Below are positions 25,553 to 36,374 of a stretch of DNA of 36,374 nucleotides, piece by piece (within the stretch, counting starts at the first letter, position 1; the number at the start of each line of letters is the position of its first letter). Both the position numbers and the translations under genes were made by a program. The stretch lies in NCBI GenBank assembly GCA_025603075.1, contig MU626452.1:1-36374 (forward strand). Direction: 5' to 3'. This DNA comes from Neoconidiobolus thromboides FSU 785. Its lineage: Eukaryota; Fungi; Entomophthoromycota. The notes beneath the pieces were generated by a model. That model was not told the origin of the DNA and ran no database searches. It was given only the letters and a program-made list of their open reading frames with translations.

Positions 25553-25894
25553 TTACCAAAACCAGCCAAAGTTATTGAAAGGACCGAAGCCATCACAGCC
25601 ATCGAAGCAGCCACCACATCCACCAAATCCACCACATCCACCAAATCCACCACATCCACCACATCCACCATTAAAACAGCCACCACAATTGCCATCAAAG
25701 AAACCATCAAAAACACCACCACCGAAACCATCAAAACCAAAAGGAATAAGTCCAGTAAAGCCAAAATCACATGATCCACATCCCCAACAATCATCAAAAC
25801 ATCTTCTAACAGGGGTAGAGCCCAAACCAGTTGGGGCAGTGAAGACAATAGTAGCTAATAAAGCAATAATGAAAATAACAGTTTTATTAAACAT
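25553..25894 (-). CDS. Small secreted Gly/Cys/Phe-rich repeat protein (113 aa)
   Basis: ATG at 25894 gives a signal-peptide-like MFNKTVIFIIALLATIVFTAP, a dibasic VRR site, then 12 Cys in GGCGGF/FDG repeats. The region is locally GC-rich and intronless. Confidence 0.8.
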   Translation of the reverse strand: MFNKTVIFIIALLATIVFTAPTGLGSTPVRRCFDDCWGCGSCDFGFTGLIPFGFDGFGGGVFDGFFDGNCGGCFNGGCGGCGGFGGCGGFGGCGGCFDGCDGFGPFNNFGWFW

Positions 25895-26223
25895 TTTTAA
25901 TCCAGTCAATGGAGTTTTATTTGAATTCTTTGTATAAATTCATTATATTTATACTTTGTTTTATATATTCTAGTTAAATTGATTATTTGATGATTTTTAA
26001 CAATTCATCTATCTTTAATTTTGATTTATCTGATTTTTGAGTTTGAACTTGATAATATTATTTTTAATTTTCTAAATTTAGGAAGTGAGAGTTTTAAATT
26101 ATATGTCAACTTATAATTCACCCATAATACTAAGTGATCCTATCAAAATGATATTACTAAATTAAATAAAAATAAAAAATTATCATTTCGGTATAAAAAT
26201 TTAATCAAAAAATATAGACATAG

Positions 26224-29200
26224 ATGAAATCAGACTTCAAAGTAATTCAAATGGTAAAATTATTAAATATAATAATTAAACATCAATTTAGTTTTCAAAC
26301 CTTTGTGGTACAGTTTATAAACAAGGAAACGTAATTTTTACACCAGATGGTAACTCATTAATATCACCAGTTGGAAATAGGGTTACGGTATTTGACCTTA
26401 TAAAGTAAATGACTCATAAAATTCAATTTATAATTATTAAATAGTTTAAAGTAATAAGTCTATTACATTGCCTTTTGAAACAAGTACCAATATAGTATGT
26501 ATGGATATAACGCCCAATGGAAACATGTTGTTTGTGGCTGATGAGGGTAATAAATTAAAATAATAATTGTATAGAGTGAATGTTAACAGTTTTATAAAGA
26601 GGGTCATGGAGTTTTGATGAACTTGAATAGACGCTTTGTCCTCCATAGATTCAATTTTAAAGGAAGAATAAGAACATTAAAGTTTAGTCCAAATGGAAAG
26701 TAAAAACTATATATTTTACTATAACGAATAGAATATTAAAGGAAATTTAGATTCTTTGCTTATACTATAGAAAATGAAATTCAACTTTGGAGAACTCCAG
26801 GTTCCCATAGAGAGTTGACCCCTTTTATTAAACTTAAAGAAAGTAAAAGCCACTTTGATACCATTACTTGTTTAAGTTGGTCACCTGATAGCAGGTAATA
26901 AAAAGGAAAATAAAATGAAAGAGAAATAGATATTAATCAAACTATAGATATATTGTTACTGGATCAACAGATATGAGTTGTAAAATTTTCCCATTATATG
27001 GAAAAAAAAGTGAAATTGTTACATTATCTGGACATAAAGATTCGGTTATGGGATGTTATTTTTCAAATGATATGAAGCATGTAAGCTTTAACTATGATAA
27101 AAAAAAATTTATTTATAGCTTTTAGATTTATACAATTAGTAAAGATGGTGTATGTTGCGATTGGGAATATACATCGATCCGTGAAATATTGGTATCAAAT
27201 GGAGATGAAATCGATCATGAAACTATTGATGAAGATAGATTGGATAGAGTTAAATGGTTAGTAACTAATAGAAATTATTTCAATCAAGCTGGAAGTAAAG
27301 TTATTTCGGTTGCTTTCCATCCATTATCAAATTTACTTTTGGTTGGTTTTTCAAAAGGTATTTTTGGTATTTGGCAATTACCAGATTTTGCAAATATTCA
27401 TACTTTAAGGTAAGCAATTAAATTCCTCTATTAATTTTATTTACTAATTTTATTTAGTATTTCTCAAACAAAAATTGATACAGTAAGTATTAATTGTACT
27501 GGTGAATGGTTAGCATTTGGTACTGTAAAATATGGTCAATTATTAGTATGGGAATGGCAATCTGAGACTTATGTACTTAAACAACAAGGGCATTACTTTG
27601 ATATGAACACTATGTCTTATTCGGCAGATGGTCAAAATATTGCAACCGGGGGTCAAGATGGAAAATTAAAGATATGGGACACTGCTTCTGGTTTCAGTTT
27701 CGTGACATTTAGTGAGCATCAAGGGCCTATTTCACAAGTTGAGTTTACAAAACAAGGTCAAGTGGTTGTTTCTGCTTCTTTAGATGGTACTGTACGTGCT
27801 TTTGATCTTTTAAGATATCGTAACTTCCGTACCTTTACTACCCCGGATCCAGTACAATTTTCTTGCTTAGCTGTAGATCCATCAGGTGAAATTATTTGTG
27901 CAGGTTCTATTGATACATTTGAAGTTTTTGTATGGTCAATGCAAACAGGTAAATTGCTTGATGTCTTATCAGGCCATGAAGGTCCAATTTCATGTATGGC
28001 CTTTTCTCCTATTGATAATATGGTGGCTACTGGTTCATGGGATGGAACAGTAAGAATATGGGATGCTTTTGGTAGAGGTCAATCTGTCGAACTTTTACAA
28101 GTTGACTCTGATGTACTTGCATTAACTTATAGTCCAGATGGTAAACAAATCGCTGCTGCTTCTTTGGATGGACAAATTACCTTTTGGGATCCAAGTGAGG
28201 GTCAACAACAGGGATCTATTGAAGGTAGACATGACATTTCAGGTGGACGTAAAGTAGGGGATAAAATTAGTGCAGCTAATTCAGCTCAAGGGAAATCGTT
28301 CAATTCATTATGTTATACTGCTGATGGAAAATGTATCATTGGTGGTGGAAACAGCAAATATGTATGCATCTACGATTGCTCAACTTCAGTCTTAGTTAGA
28401 AAATTCCAAATAACTTATAACAAATCATTAGATGGAACCCAAGAAATGCTTAACTCTAAATTTATGACGGAAGCAGGGGCACTTGATACGATCGATGATC
28501 AAGACGATGATCCTATGGTTAATATGAAATATCGTAAAGAAGCTCTTCCAGGTGTAGCACAAGGAGATTTGTCAGTAAGGAGAACTCGCCCAGAAGCTCG
28601 TACTAAATCTGTAAGATTTTCTCCAACTGGAAGGTCATGGGCTGCAGCTTCAACTGAAGGGTTACTTATTTATTCATTAGATGATACATTACTTTTTGAT
28701 CCATTTGATCTTGAAATTGAAATTACACCCGAATCAGTATTAGATACATTGAAGAATGAAGATTACTTAAAAGCCTTGGTAATGTCGTTCCGTCTTAATG
28801 AAAAACCAATTATTAAACAAGTCCTTGAAAAAATTCCACCATCAGATATCCCACTCATTTCACCATCGATACCATCAAGGTATTTAGAATCACTATTGAA
28901 GTTTTTGGCCAATTATGCTGAGCAAGGTACTCCTCATCTAGAATTTTTATTAATTTGGTGCCATTCTCTATTCACCAGTCATGCCCAATATTTAAAACAA
29001 AATATTGCATCCTATTTACCTTCTATTCGTGGTATTCAAAAAGTGCTTTCTAAACTTTATGGAGACCTTTCTAATTTGTGTGAAGATAACTTATATCTTA
29101 TAGAATACCTTGGAGACTCAAAAGATAAAGTTGATATGTCGAATTTAAACGAAGATGAACAAGGAGAGCCTATACCTAATTTTGAAGAAAATGAAGATGA

Positions 29201-29237
29201 GATTGAGATTGACGATGACGAGGATTATATGGAATAA
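26224..29237 (+). CDS. PWP2: Periodic tryptophan protein 2 (UTP1), SSU processome WD40 protein
   Basis: MKSDFKFSNLCGTVYKQGN...SPVGNRVTVFDL, LKQQGHY, FDLLRYRNFRTFT, RFSPTGRSWAAASTEGLLIYSLD and a C-terminal Utp12-like domain. Confidence 0.97.
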
Positions 29238-29672
29238 TGTAAACCTCATTATACGATATAATATCTTCTCTTTAAATTTAAATTGTTTTAATTCTTAGTA
29301 AGTTGGTGTTGTAAATCATTTAAATTTTATTTGATAGCTTTAATCAATAGTTGCTATGTATGTAGCTATCTTTAATCTTTAATTAAATTTTTATAGAATA
29401 TTTTATTTGTACTTTTTTAAACTTGCAATTTTAAGCTTAAAATAAATTAATTTATTATGTTCCTCTTTATTTTTTAAAATAGTTTATTTAAATACTATTC
29501 TCATTAAATGTAATAACTCAAGTTCAAAATAGATATTTGCTATAGATGAAGTGAACATAAAATTTCGAAAACCTAAATCAAGAATTTAATATTTTGTAAT
29601 TTATTTTTTACTTTTTTGCAATAATTTGAATGTTTTTAAAAAAAAATAAGTCAACTTTTAAACTTTAAAAAA

Positions 29673-29920
29673 ATGGAAGATTATAGTGATAATGAGATAG
29701 TAGCCGTAGAAACAAGAGATATCATAGGAGGTAAATAGTATTATTTCTGATATTTTATCTTTTAAATGAGTTAGAATTACAGGAATTGTCACAATTATTA
29801 AATTTAGACTTAGATAAAGAAAGTATATCTAATGTATTATCCCTTACAGAACAAGGTTATAATCCAGAGTCATTAGCAACAATATTACTTGAGTTAAAGA
29901 GTGAGAAAAGAGCAGATTAA
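29673..29920 (+). CDS. MZT1: Mitotic-spindle organizing protein 1 (Mozart1); exons 29673-29730 and 29775-29920; absent from the ORF track
   Basis: MEDYSDNEIVAVETRDIIGELQELSQLLNLDLDKESISNVLSLTEQGYNPESLATILLELKSEKRAD* matches the MOZART1 pattern. Confidence 0.85.
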
Positions 29921-30048
29921 AAACTAGACTCACTCACAATAGTAAAGTCAGATAACAATCCCATTTTATTAATAAATTATTATTATTCAAAGATTTAGTT
30001 ATCTGTTTTAAAGATTTTTAAATCTACCCATTTATTAGAGTAAAAATA

Positions 30049-30694
30049 TTAGTGACAGGCAAACGATCTACTTGCAGACAAAGGTTTAAACGCAGAAATA
30101 AAAAAATGACCAAATAAAGCACCAAAAGTTACGGCCAGCATAAGATAGATATTGTAGGTCATGAATATAAGCATTAGCATGAAAGAATAAAAAACTTGGA
30201 TAGCATAAATTATGCTTAAAGGGAAACGACTTACAGGTTTTCTAAACATTTTTTAACATTTAAAATTTTAATAATAGAAATAAATACCTTTTTATATTGA
30301 TAGTATCCTCTAGGCTTTCGTCTTGTAACAAACGCGGGGAAGTTAATGGGTCATAGCTATCTTCTAAATGTATTGATTCTGGCTCAGAATTTGCTAATAC
30401 ACGATAACTCCTCTCAATTCTCTCCTGCCAGTTTTGGCTTAAACTTCTTAAATATTCATATCCAATGCCTAAGATGAATATTATTAAACAAGATAATACC
30501 ATTGATAAAGCTCCATTGATTCTCCAGAAATCAAAAAGTACACAAATGTTTTCAACATCTGCGTTGATGGTCATCTAATATTTAATACTCTTTAAAACTA
30601 TAAGTTATAATAATTATGACAGCTTTACTTTCATTGAACATTCTCCATGATTCATCCCTCCTGATTTTGGCATGTTATGCATTGAATGATCCAT
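30049..30694 (-). CDS. Ctr-family copper transporter (CTR2-like, 3 exons)
   Basis: Met/His-rich N-terminus MDHSMHNMP...CSMKM, TM2 MxxxM (MLIFMTYN) and TM3 GxxxG (GALFGHF). Confidence 0.93.
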
Positions 30695-30869
30695 TTTACG
30701 TTATATAATATATCTTAAAACTGTTCTCTAATAAATTGGAGCAATGTTTCTTTAAAATCTTTAATAAATTTATTCTCTATCTCATCATTAGTAATTTTAA
30801 TTGGTTAAAAAGTGCTTTGGTATCTTAAATAAAAGCTTTGTGATTAATTAACTTCACCTTTTTTAAATA

Positions 30870-32079
30870 ATGAATTTACAACTAATTTTATTCAACTTTT
30901 ATTTACTCTTTATATGTGCTGACAATGAGAAATTTATCAGTTCTACTAAATCAAAGCATACGAATAATTGGGCAGTCATAGTAAGTGTTCATATGATCTA
31001 TTTTAGCCCTAATTTACGCTTTCTAGGTAAGCGCCTCCAGGTTTTGGTTTAATTACAGGCATTTGTCGAGTGCCATAGGGATTTATCGAACAGTAAAAAG
31101 GTTAGGAATCCCAGACTCCAATATAATTTTAATGTTAGCTGATGACATAGCGTGCAATCCAAGAAACAAATTCCCAGGTCAAGTATTCAGAGATACCAAT
31201 GACGAAGACCTTTACGGAAATGATATTGAAGTGGATTACAAAGGATATGACGTGACAGTTGAAAATTTTGTTCGTGTACTCACTAACAGGCTGCCTGAAA
31301 ATGTACCTAAATCCAAAAGATTACAAACGGATGAAAACTCAAATATACTAGTTTATCTTACCGGCCATGGTGGAGAGAATTTTTTGAAGTTTCAAGATAG
31401 CGAGGAGATCACTGCTCAAGAGATTGGGGACGCGTTTATGCAAATGAATCAAAAATCTAGGTACAACGAAATTTTATACATCATTGATACATGTGAAGCA
31501 AATTCTTTATATTCTAAGATTAGGTCACCAAATATTATATCTGTAGGTTCAAGTAAAATTGGAGAGAAATCATATTCTTACAATAACCATAATGATCTTG
31601 GAGTTACTGTTGTTGAAAGGCTTACTCATTTTACCCTTGAGTTTATGAAGGGTGTCAATCCAGAAAGTCAAAAAACATTGAAAGAGTTGTTTGATTTTTA
31701 TGACCCAAGTAAGTTAGATGCTCATCCTGGGTTTGTTACAGATAACATCGATAGAAAATTCGATGAAGTATTGTTAATGGATTTCTTTGGTTCAAAGCAA
31801 AATGTAATTATTACTTCAAACGAAGAAGAGGTGAACAACACTATTTTAACTAATTATGAACCAGTCAAACTAGAAAATGTAGATGAAATTGAGGGCGCTA
31901 ATCATAATCAAAGTGATTTCTCAACCCAGTTTATTGATAGCTTATTAAATTATTTTGAATTTAATAGTGATTCAACTCCAAGTTCATATAATATAATCGC
32001 AAATGAGGATAACCGATTCACTCCTTTAATAGTAGCTTTCATTTTATTGTTCCCTTTAGCATTATCCTATTATAGTTAA
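30870..32079 (+). CDS. GPI8: GPI transamidase catalytic subunit (peptidase C13); intron 30981-31026
   Basis: HTNNWAVIVSASRFWFNYRH, catalytic His in YLTGHGG and Cys in DTCEA; signal peptide and C-terminal hydrophobic segment. Confidence 0.96.
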
Positions 32080-32426
32080 AATTTAACTAAAGTATATTTA
32101 TTTAAATTATTTTATTTTAATATGATTATTTAAAATAGTTTAATGTTTGAATTTAAGTGAGAGTCTGATAATTATTTAACAGCTATATGAATGAAATAAA
32201 TTAGTAAACCTGGATTTTGTGATGAGAATTAAATTTATAAATGGTAGATATTATAATATTAAAACGAAGAATATAAAATAACATATCGATTTTATTTTTT
32301 ATTTTATTAGCTAAATATATAGATTGGGAAGGCATTTAGTATCTTCATTTCCAATAGTACTAAGGAAAATAAAAAAACTAACTTAAAGTGAAATAACAAA
32401 CAACTATTAAAATTACAAAACTAAAC

Positions 32427-34304
32427 TCAATGCTTTAAACTACTATTACATTTTGTCAAGGCCTGCTTAACGATTGGACATTCTAATAATTGATTTGGCG
32501 ATTCAAAGAGGGTGACTAAATTGGGAGTTAATCCTTTGGTAGCTTGATTGACTCGATGTTGAAACTTCATTCTAAGTTTGATATGATTATTGTTTGGCAT
32601 ACCATTAATGGAATTTGACATATCTTCGTTTTGAAGCGAATTTCCAGAATCAGTGCTACTGAAACTATTAGTGCTATCACTTCTTAATGGCTGAATAGGG
32701 TGTAAAGTATTTGTATCAATACTACTAGAAAGCGAACTGTTAACCTTGGTTTCTAACCCTGCATCAGAGCTAAGTGATGTTCTACTACAGTTAGGGCTTT
32801 GTGTCACTGTGGGATATTTATCTTGTCTACCTGAAAGCCAATGGACTGCATCCTTTAAACTAGATACACTGCCCCTTGCTTTAGTCACTCCCCTTAGTCC
32901 TGAAACGCTGCTTTTGAGTTTTGATAAACTACTCGAAGAACCATTGTTTTTAGCTAAGTTAGAAAGTGACGATTTTTTCTTTAAAAGCGGTGTAGTGATA
33001 TCTCTTATAAAAATCTTGACAATACTTTCTGGATGCTCCCTTGCTAAACTGGTATATAACTCTAAATCCATTTCACCAGAATCGCCTATTAAAATAAACT
33101 TTCTATTTGGAAAATCTTGAAATAACTGTAAAATGGAAGCTTTTTTACTTCCTTGAGGTTCATAAAAAAAGGATTTATGAGATCTTATATCAAACAGCTT
33201 AAGATGCGCTGATCCAGATGGGAAAGAATGTTTCCTAAAAAAATCTTCTAACATTGGTAAAAGCTGCCATGGTGAATTAGAAACATAATGAAAAGCGGCT
33301 CCTTGGATCCACCAATATTTATATACGTCAGACATACCGGTAACATCTTTACAATCATACAAAAAGGTATTACTTAAAACTACCTTTTTACCTAAATAAA
33401 CTCCTGAATCTTTAATGGTATCGTCAATATCACTAATAATCGATATTCCATACTCATCAAGTAACTGGATTTGCCCAGTTACACCCGGGCTAGTTTTGGA
33501 ATGCTTAGCTTGTACAACTAAAATGTTGTCAGGTTGATCCTTTGATATGTTGCTTTTCCATGTTTGTATGATTTCATCTGGAACCTGTATATCTGTATTA
33601 AAATGTCCATCTTTAACCTCAACTGGATGAGTTTTTAACTTTCGATTTCCTGAAATAATATTGTTGCTTATCATATCACATGTATTAGTAAATGAACCTG
33701 GTTCAAGTTTGTTGCTTTTATCTGATTCTCTTTCACGAACTTTTTTTGGAAGAGTTTTTGACTCAAAAGCAAGGATGTCGTCTTCAGGCTCTTCCGTAAA
33801 TATTGGTTCAGTAGATATTTCCATTGTATTTGTACAAGTTAATCCAAGTACATCGATATTCATTGTTAAATTGATAGAATTAGCATCAAGAAAGAAGCCA
33901 AATCTTTCTTCTAAGCTCCTATTTTCCACATCTTCTTTAGTTATTCCAACTACCTTTCTAGCTAAAGCTAAAGCTAACTTATGACTGCGAGTGGGCTTTG
34001 GTCTATTAAAAGCTCGACCTTTGATTTTAATATTCCAATATGAGTCCCTGCCACTACCAACCTTAACACCATAAGAAGGGAAAAGACAACAATTATGTTC
34101 AATTACGATATCTGATTTATTAGTACTACCAGCATAATTCCATAGAAAGCTAGTGAAACTATCGTCATTTGAATTATCTGAAGTTACTGACCCCAAGCTG
34201 TCTCCACTGTTTCCTCTTAATGTACTTTTTTTAGTATTCCTTTTACTGAAAAATAAAGACGACATTGATTCTGGATTTTTAACTGGTACCAGCTTTTTAA
34301 TCAT
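32427..34304 (-). CDS. APP1: APP1-type phosphatidate phosphatase (DUF2183, HAD-like)
   Basis: ISDIDDTIK (DxDxT), FHYVSNSPWQL and FILIGDSGEMDLELY; intronless. Confidence 0.9.
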   Translation of the reverse strand: MIKKLVPVKNPESMSSLFFSKRNTKKSTLRGNSGDSLGSVTSDNSNDDSFTSFLWNYAGSTNKSDIVIEHNCCLFPSYGVKVGSGRDSYWNIKIKGRAFNRPKPTRSHKLALALARKVVGITKEDVENRSLEERFGFFLDANSINLTMNIDVLGLTCTNTMEISTEPIFTEEPEDDILAFESKTLPKKVRERESDKSNKLEPGSFTNTCDMISNNIISGNRKLKTHPVEVKDGHFNTDIQVPDEIIQTWKSNISKDQPDNILVVQAKHSKTSPGVTGQIQLLDEYGISIISDIDDTIKDSGVYLGKKVVLSNTFLYDCKDVTGMSDVYKYWWIQGAAFHYVSNSPWQLLPMLEDFFRKHSFPSGSAHLKLFDIRSHKSFFYEPQGSKKASILQLFQDFPNRKFILIGDSGEMDLELYTSLAREHPESIVKIFIRDITTPLLKKKSSLSNLAKNNGSSSSLSKLKSSVSGLRGVTKARGSVSSLKDAVHWLSGRQDKYPTVTQSPNCSRTSLSSDAGLETKVNSSLSSSIDTNTLHPIQPLRSDSTNSFSSTDSGNSLQNEDMSNSINGMPNNNHIKLRMKFQHRVNQATKGLTPNLVTLFESPNQLLECPIVKQALTKCNSSLKH

Positions 34305-34849
34305 TAAAACTTAAAACATAACTATGAAAAAATATTATATTATACCCCAAGTTACCATCCTGATGATTGGTCCATTAAATAGAAGCATAATTTGGCTTCT
34401 AAAACTAAAAAATTGTGCGGTTAATTTAGGTTCTAACAAAAAATAGTCACCATGCTTTTTTGGGAAAATCTTTTGGTTAAAACAAACTTTGGCTTAAGTT
34501 TCAAAATAATTTATGCAAATATTACACTTGAAGTACAACACTTTACCAGGTTTCGAGAATTTATTAGCTTTTACTTGCTATTATATTCTAACTGTTAATA
34601 TAGGATTTATTAGACATTTTTAAACTAAATAAACTTGAAACCACGCGCTATCGGAAAATTGATATTAAGCAAGAAAGATCAATGATGCTATAGCCGCTAA
34701 AACTCTATTACATCTTAGTTGACTATTCATTTAAGAAAAAAATTATTAGATTTGGATAACAAATTACACATGAAAAATGTCAAATAAACACTAGCTCTAA
34801 AGATCAAAGGCAAGTTAGGCTGTAATAAAATTGCTGCAGCAGCTATTAT

Positions 34850-34943
34850 GGTGATGTATTTTTTGGCTTCACCACTTTTTCTATTTTTTAAGCACTATTT
34901 GAGCGGAAAAATTAGTAAAATTCTTAAACAAGAATACATCCCC
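34850..34943 (+). mobile_element. MITE copy I (94 bp)
   Basis: Core and termini match; the flanks (TTAT/ATAC) do not form a clean duplication. Confidence 0.85.
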
Positions 34944-35140
34944 ATACGTCAAATATTTTGGTAAAATAAACCATAAAGTTAAACATATTAGAAAACAAAC
35001 AAGGTTGTATTGACTGAAATAAACAATTGATATCAAAGAAATTGAAAATAGAATTATGGTAGAATCAACATTTTACCTTTCATTTAACTATTGATGTCGT
35101 GTATTTTAAATTTCTATTTCTTTTGTATTAATTCGTTTAT

Positions 35141-36110
35141 TTATACAGATTTGAAATGCTGTTGCTTGAACTTTTCTACTTTGATACAGGTTCTTAATTT
35201 ACCAAAATATACGTTGTAAGCACTAAAGTAGAGTTGAGTTACACAAGAAATCCAAAGCAATCAAAATAGCAGCAATGGCACCAAGCTCATATTAAAATTA
35301 AAATAGATCTGTAACTAATCAAGTGGTCAATCAAGTAAATAGAAAAAAAGATCTGAAAGCATGCAGACAGAGTAAAGAGAGATAGTAAAATAAATTCTTA
35401 ATGAGCTTCTTGATTTTTTTGCCACATCAAAGCTTGTTTTTAATTATCAAAGACTAAAAATTGAGTGTAAGCTACTTGGAGAATAATCCGATTTTATATA
35501 ACAGGCCATTATCATTAATAAACTTATAAATGAAATTGTAGTAAAATGATAAAATGGTATACTTGACCAATGAAGTTTTAGGATATATCAAACAAGCCGA
35601 CTTTGCAATTTATAGATAAAATTTGAACTTGGGGGTGCTTTTTGACTTCATTGCTTTTTCCATTTTTTAAGCGCTATTTGAATGGAAAATTTGCTGGTAA
35701 AATTCTTAAACGCAAAAATACATCCCCACTTAGTAGCTAAAAAAATATATAATACTGGATGAAACACTATTGATAAAACCTTTAGTATAAATATATCTAA
35801 TGGAGTTGATTTTGATGGCAATATTTAATCTTTCCAACGTCAAGAAGGCAGAAACGATAAATTGATAAAAAAGGAATGAAACTGTAAAAAACCCTAAATA
35901 TTGATATGAACTAGAATTATCAACAACATCGTCTTCTCTTATTAGTATATATATTATGCCAGATATCCAAACTAAAGGTACCATAAGACCAATGATTACT
36001 ATTAATATGACTAATTTCAAACCTTGTATATATTTATTTATTCTTATTGCTAGATAGAGAAGAATGATACTGGTGACTACAAATGGGGCTGTCCTAATTG
36101 GTTTCAGAAT
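35141..36110 (-). pseudogene. Multi-pass membrane (7TM/GPCR-like) pseudogene interrupted by a MITE
   Basis: The 5' part has hydrophobic helices and FLTLERL (TM3 E/DRY-like). Beyond the MITE a single frame gives further hydrophobic segments with 6 internal stops. Confidence 0.55.
35631..35727 (+). mobile_element. MITE copy J (97 bp)
   Basis: Perfect ACTT/ACTT duplication. Confidence 0.9.
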
Positions 36111-36374
36111 CTACTTAGAAATTAATCCAAATTTAAAATTTCAAGTTTGTGTTCAATATAACGGTTAAATCTAAAAAGCCTAAAATTAAATGTCTCTATT
36201 TAAAACTTATTTTAATTGTTTTCTTTTCTTAAATAGCTAATTTTCCTAACTATATATTTTATGTTAGTTCTGTTAGATATTTAACAGATATATAATATAC
36301 AACTATATGATTATATAATTATATAAATACATAATTATATAAATACAGTTATTTGACTTTATTTGACTTTATTT

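Noticed and set aside
25510-25937. Antisense Pro/His-rich ORF (25575..25937) and alternate-frame Val/Asp ORF (25510..25848)
   Set aside because: Shadows of the Gly/Cys repeat codons; only the 25894 frame has an ATG plus a signal-like peptide.
32746-33984. Plus-strand ORFs antisense to APP1, and similar antisense ORFs within LeuRS and PWP2
   Set aside because: Antisense shadows of conserved genes.
1340-35727. The dispersed repeat read as a CRISPR array, solo LTR or 2-bp-TSD CACTA element
   Set aside because: Copies are dispersed, not regularly spaced; there is no 5-bp TSD; a 4-bp duplication with GRG termini fits the flanks best.
1-36374. Genome-wide TAA/TAG-to-Gln code
   Set aside because: Conserved genes (LeuRS, GCD1, UMP1, PWP2, MZT1) end at TAA at the expected positions and have no internal TAR.
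36310-36374. Short tandem duplications at the right edge (ATAATTATATAAATAC x2, ATTTGACTTT x2) and AGTTAGATA x3 at the left edge considered as telomeric
   Set aside because: Not TTAGGG-like arrays and only 2-3 units; probably slippage or edge artefacts.

Overview
Very AT-rich eukaryotic DNA with short (about 45-70 nt) GT-AG introns and the standard genetic code. The gene set and style fit an early-diverging fungus, possibly Conidiobolus-like (inference only). All exon structures were spliced by hand. Intact genes: eIF2B-gamma (GCD1), UMP1/POMP, cytosolic leucyl-tRNA synthetase, an alpha/beta hydrolase, complex I subunit NDUFA5, a probable mitochondrial RRM-like protein, a PH-RhoGAP with a long acidic N-terminus, eIF3h, a small secreted Gly/Cys/Phe-rich protein, PWP2, MZT1, a Ctr copper transporter, GPI8 and an APP1-type phosphatidate phosphatase. 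The apparently empty intervals hold three linked observations. (1) Ten copies of a 93-98 bp MITE with GGGGATG...CATCCCC termini and 4-bp target-site duplications (Sola-like), whose two CpG sites are heavily decayed to TG/CA/TA. (2) A spliceable but broken DNA cytosine-5 methyltransferase (DNMT1-like) gene on the minus strand at about 11.3-13.8 kb, which the ORF track misses. (3) Several frame-preserved ghost genes riddled with nonsense codons, each beside a MITE. No tRNA, rRNA or CRISPR array was recognised.
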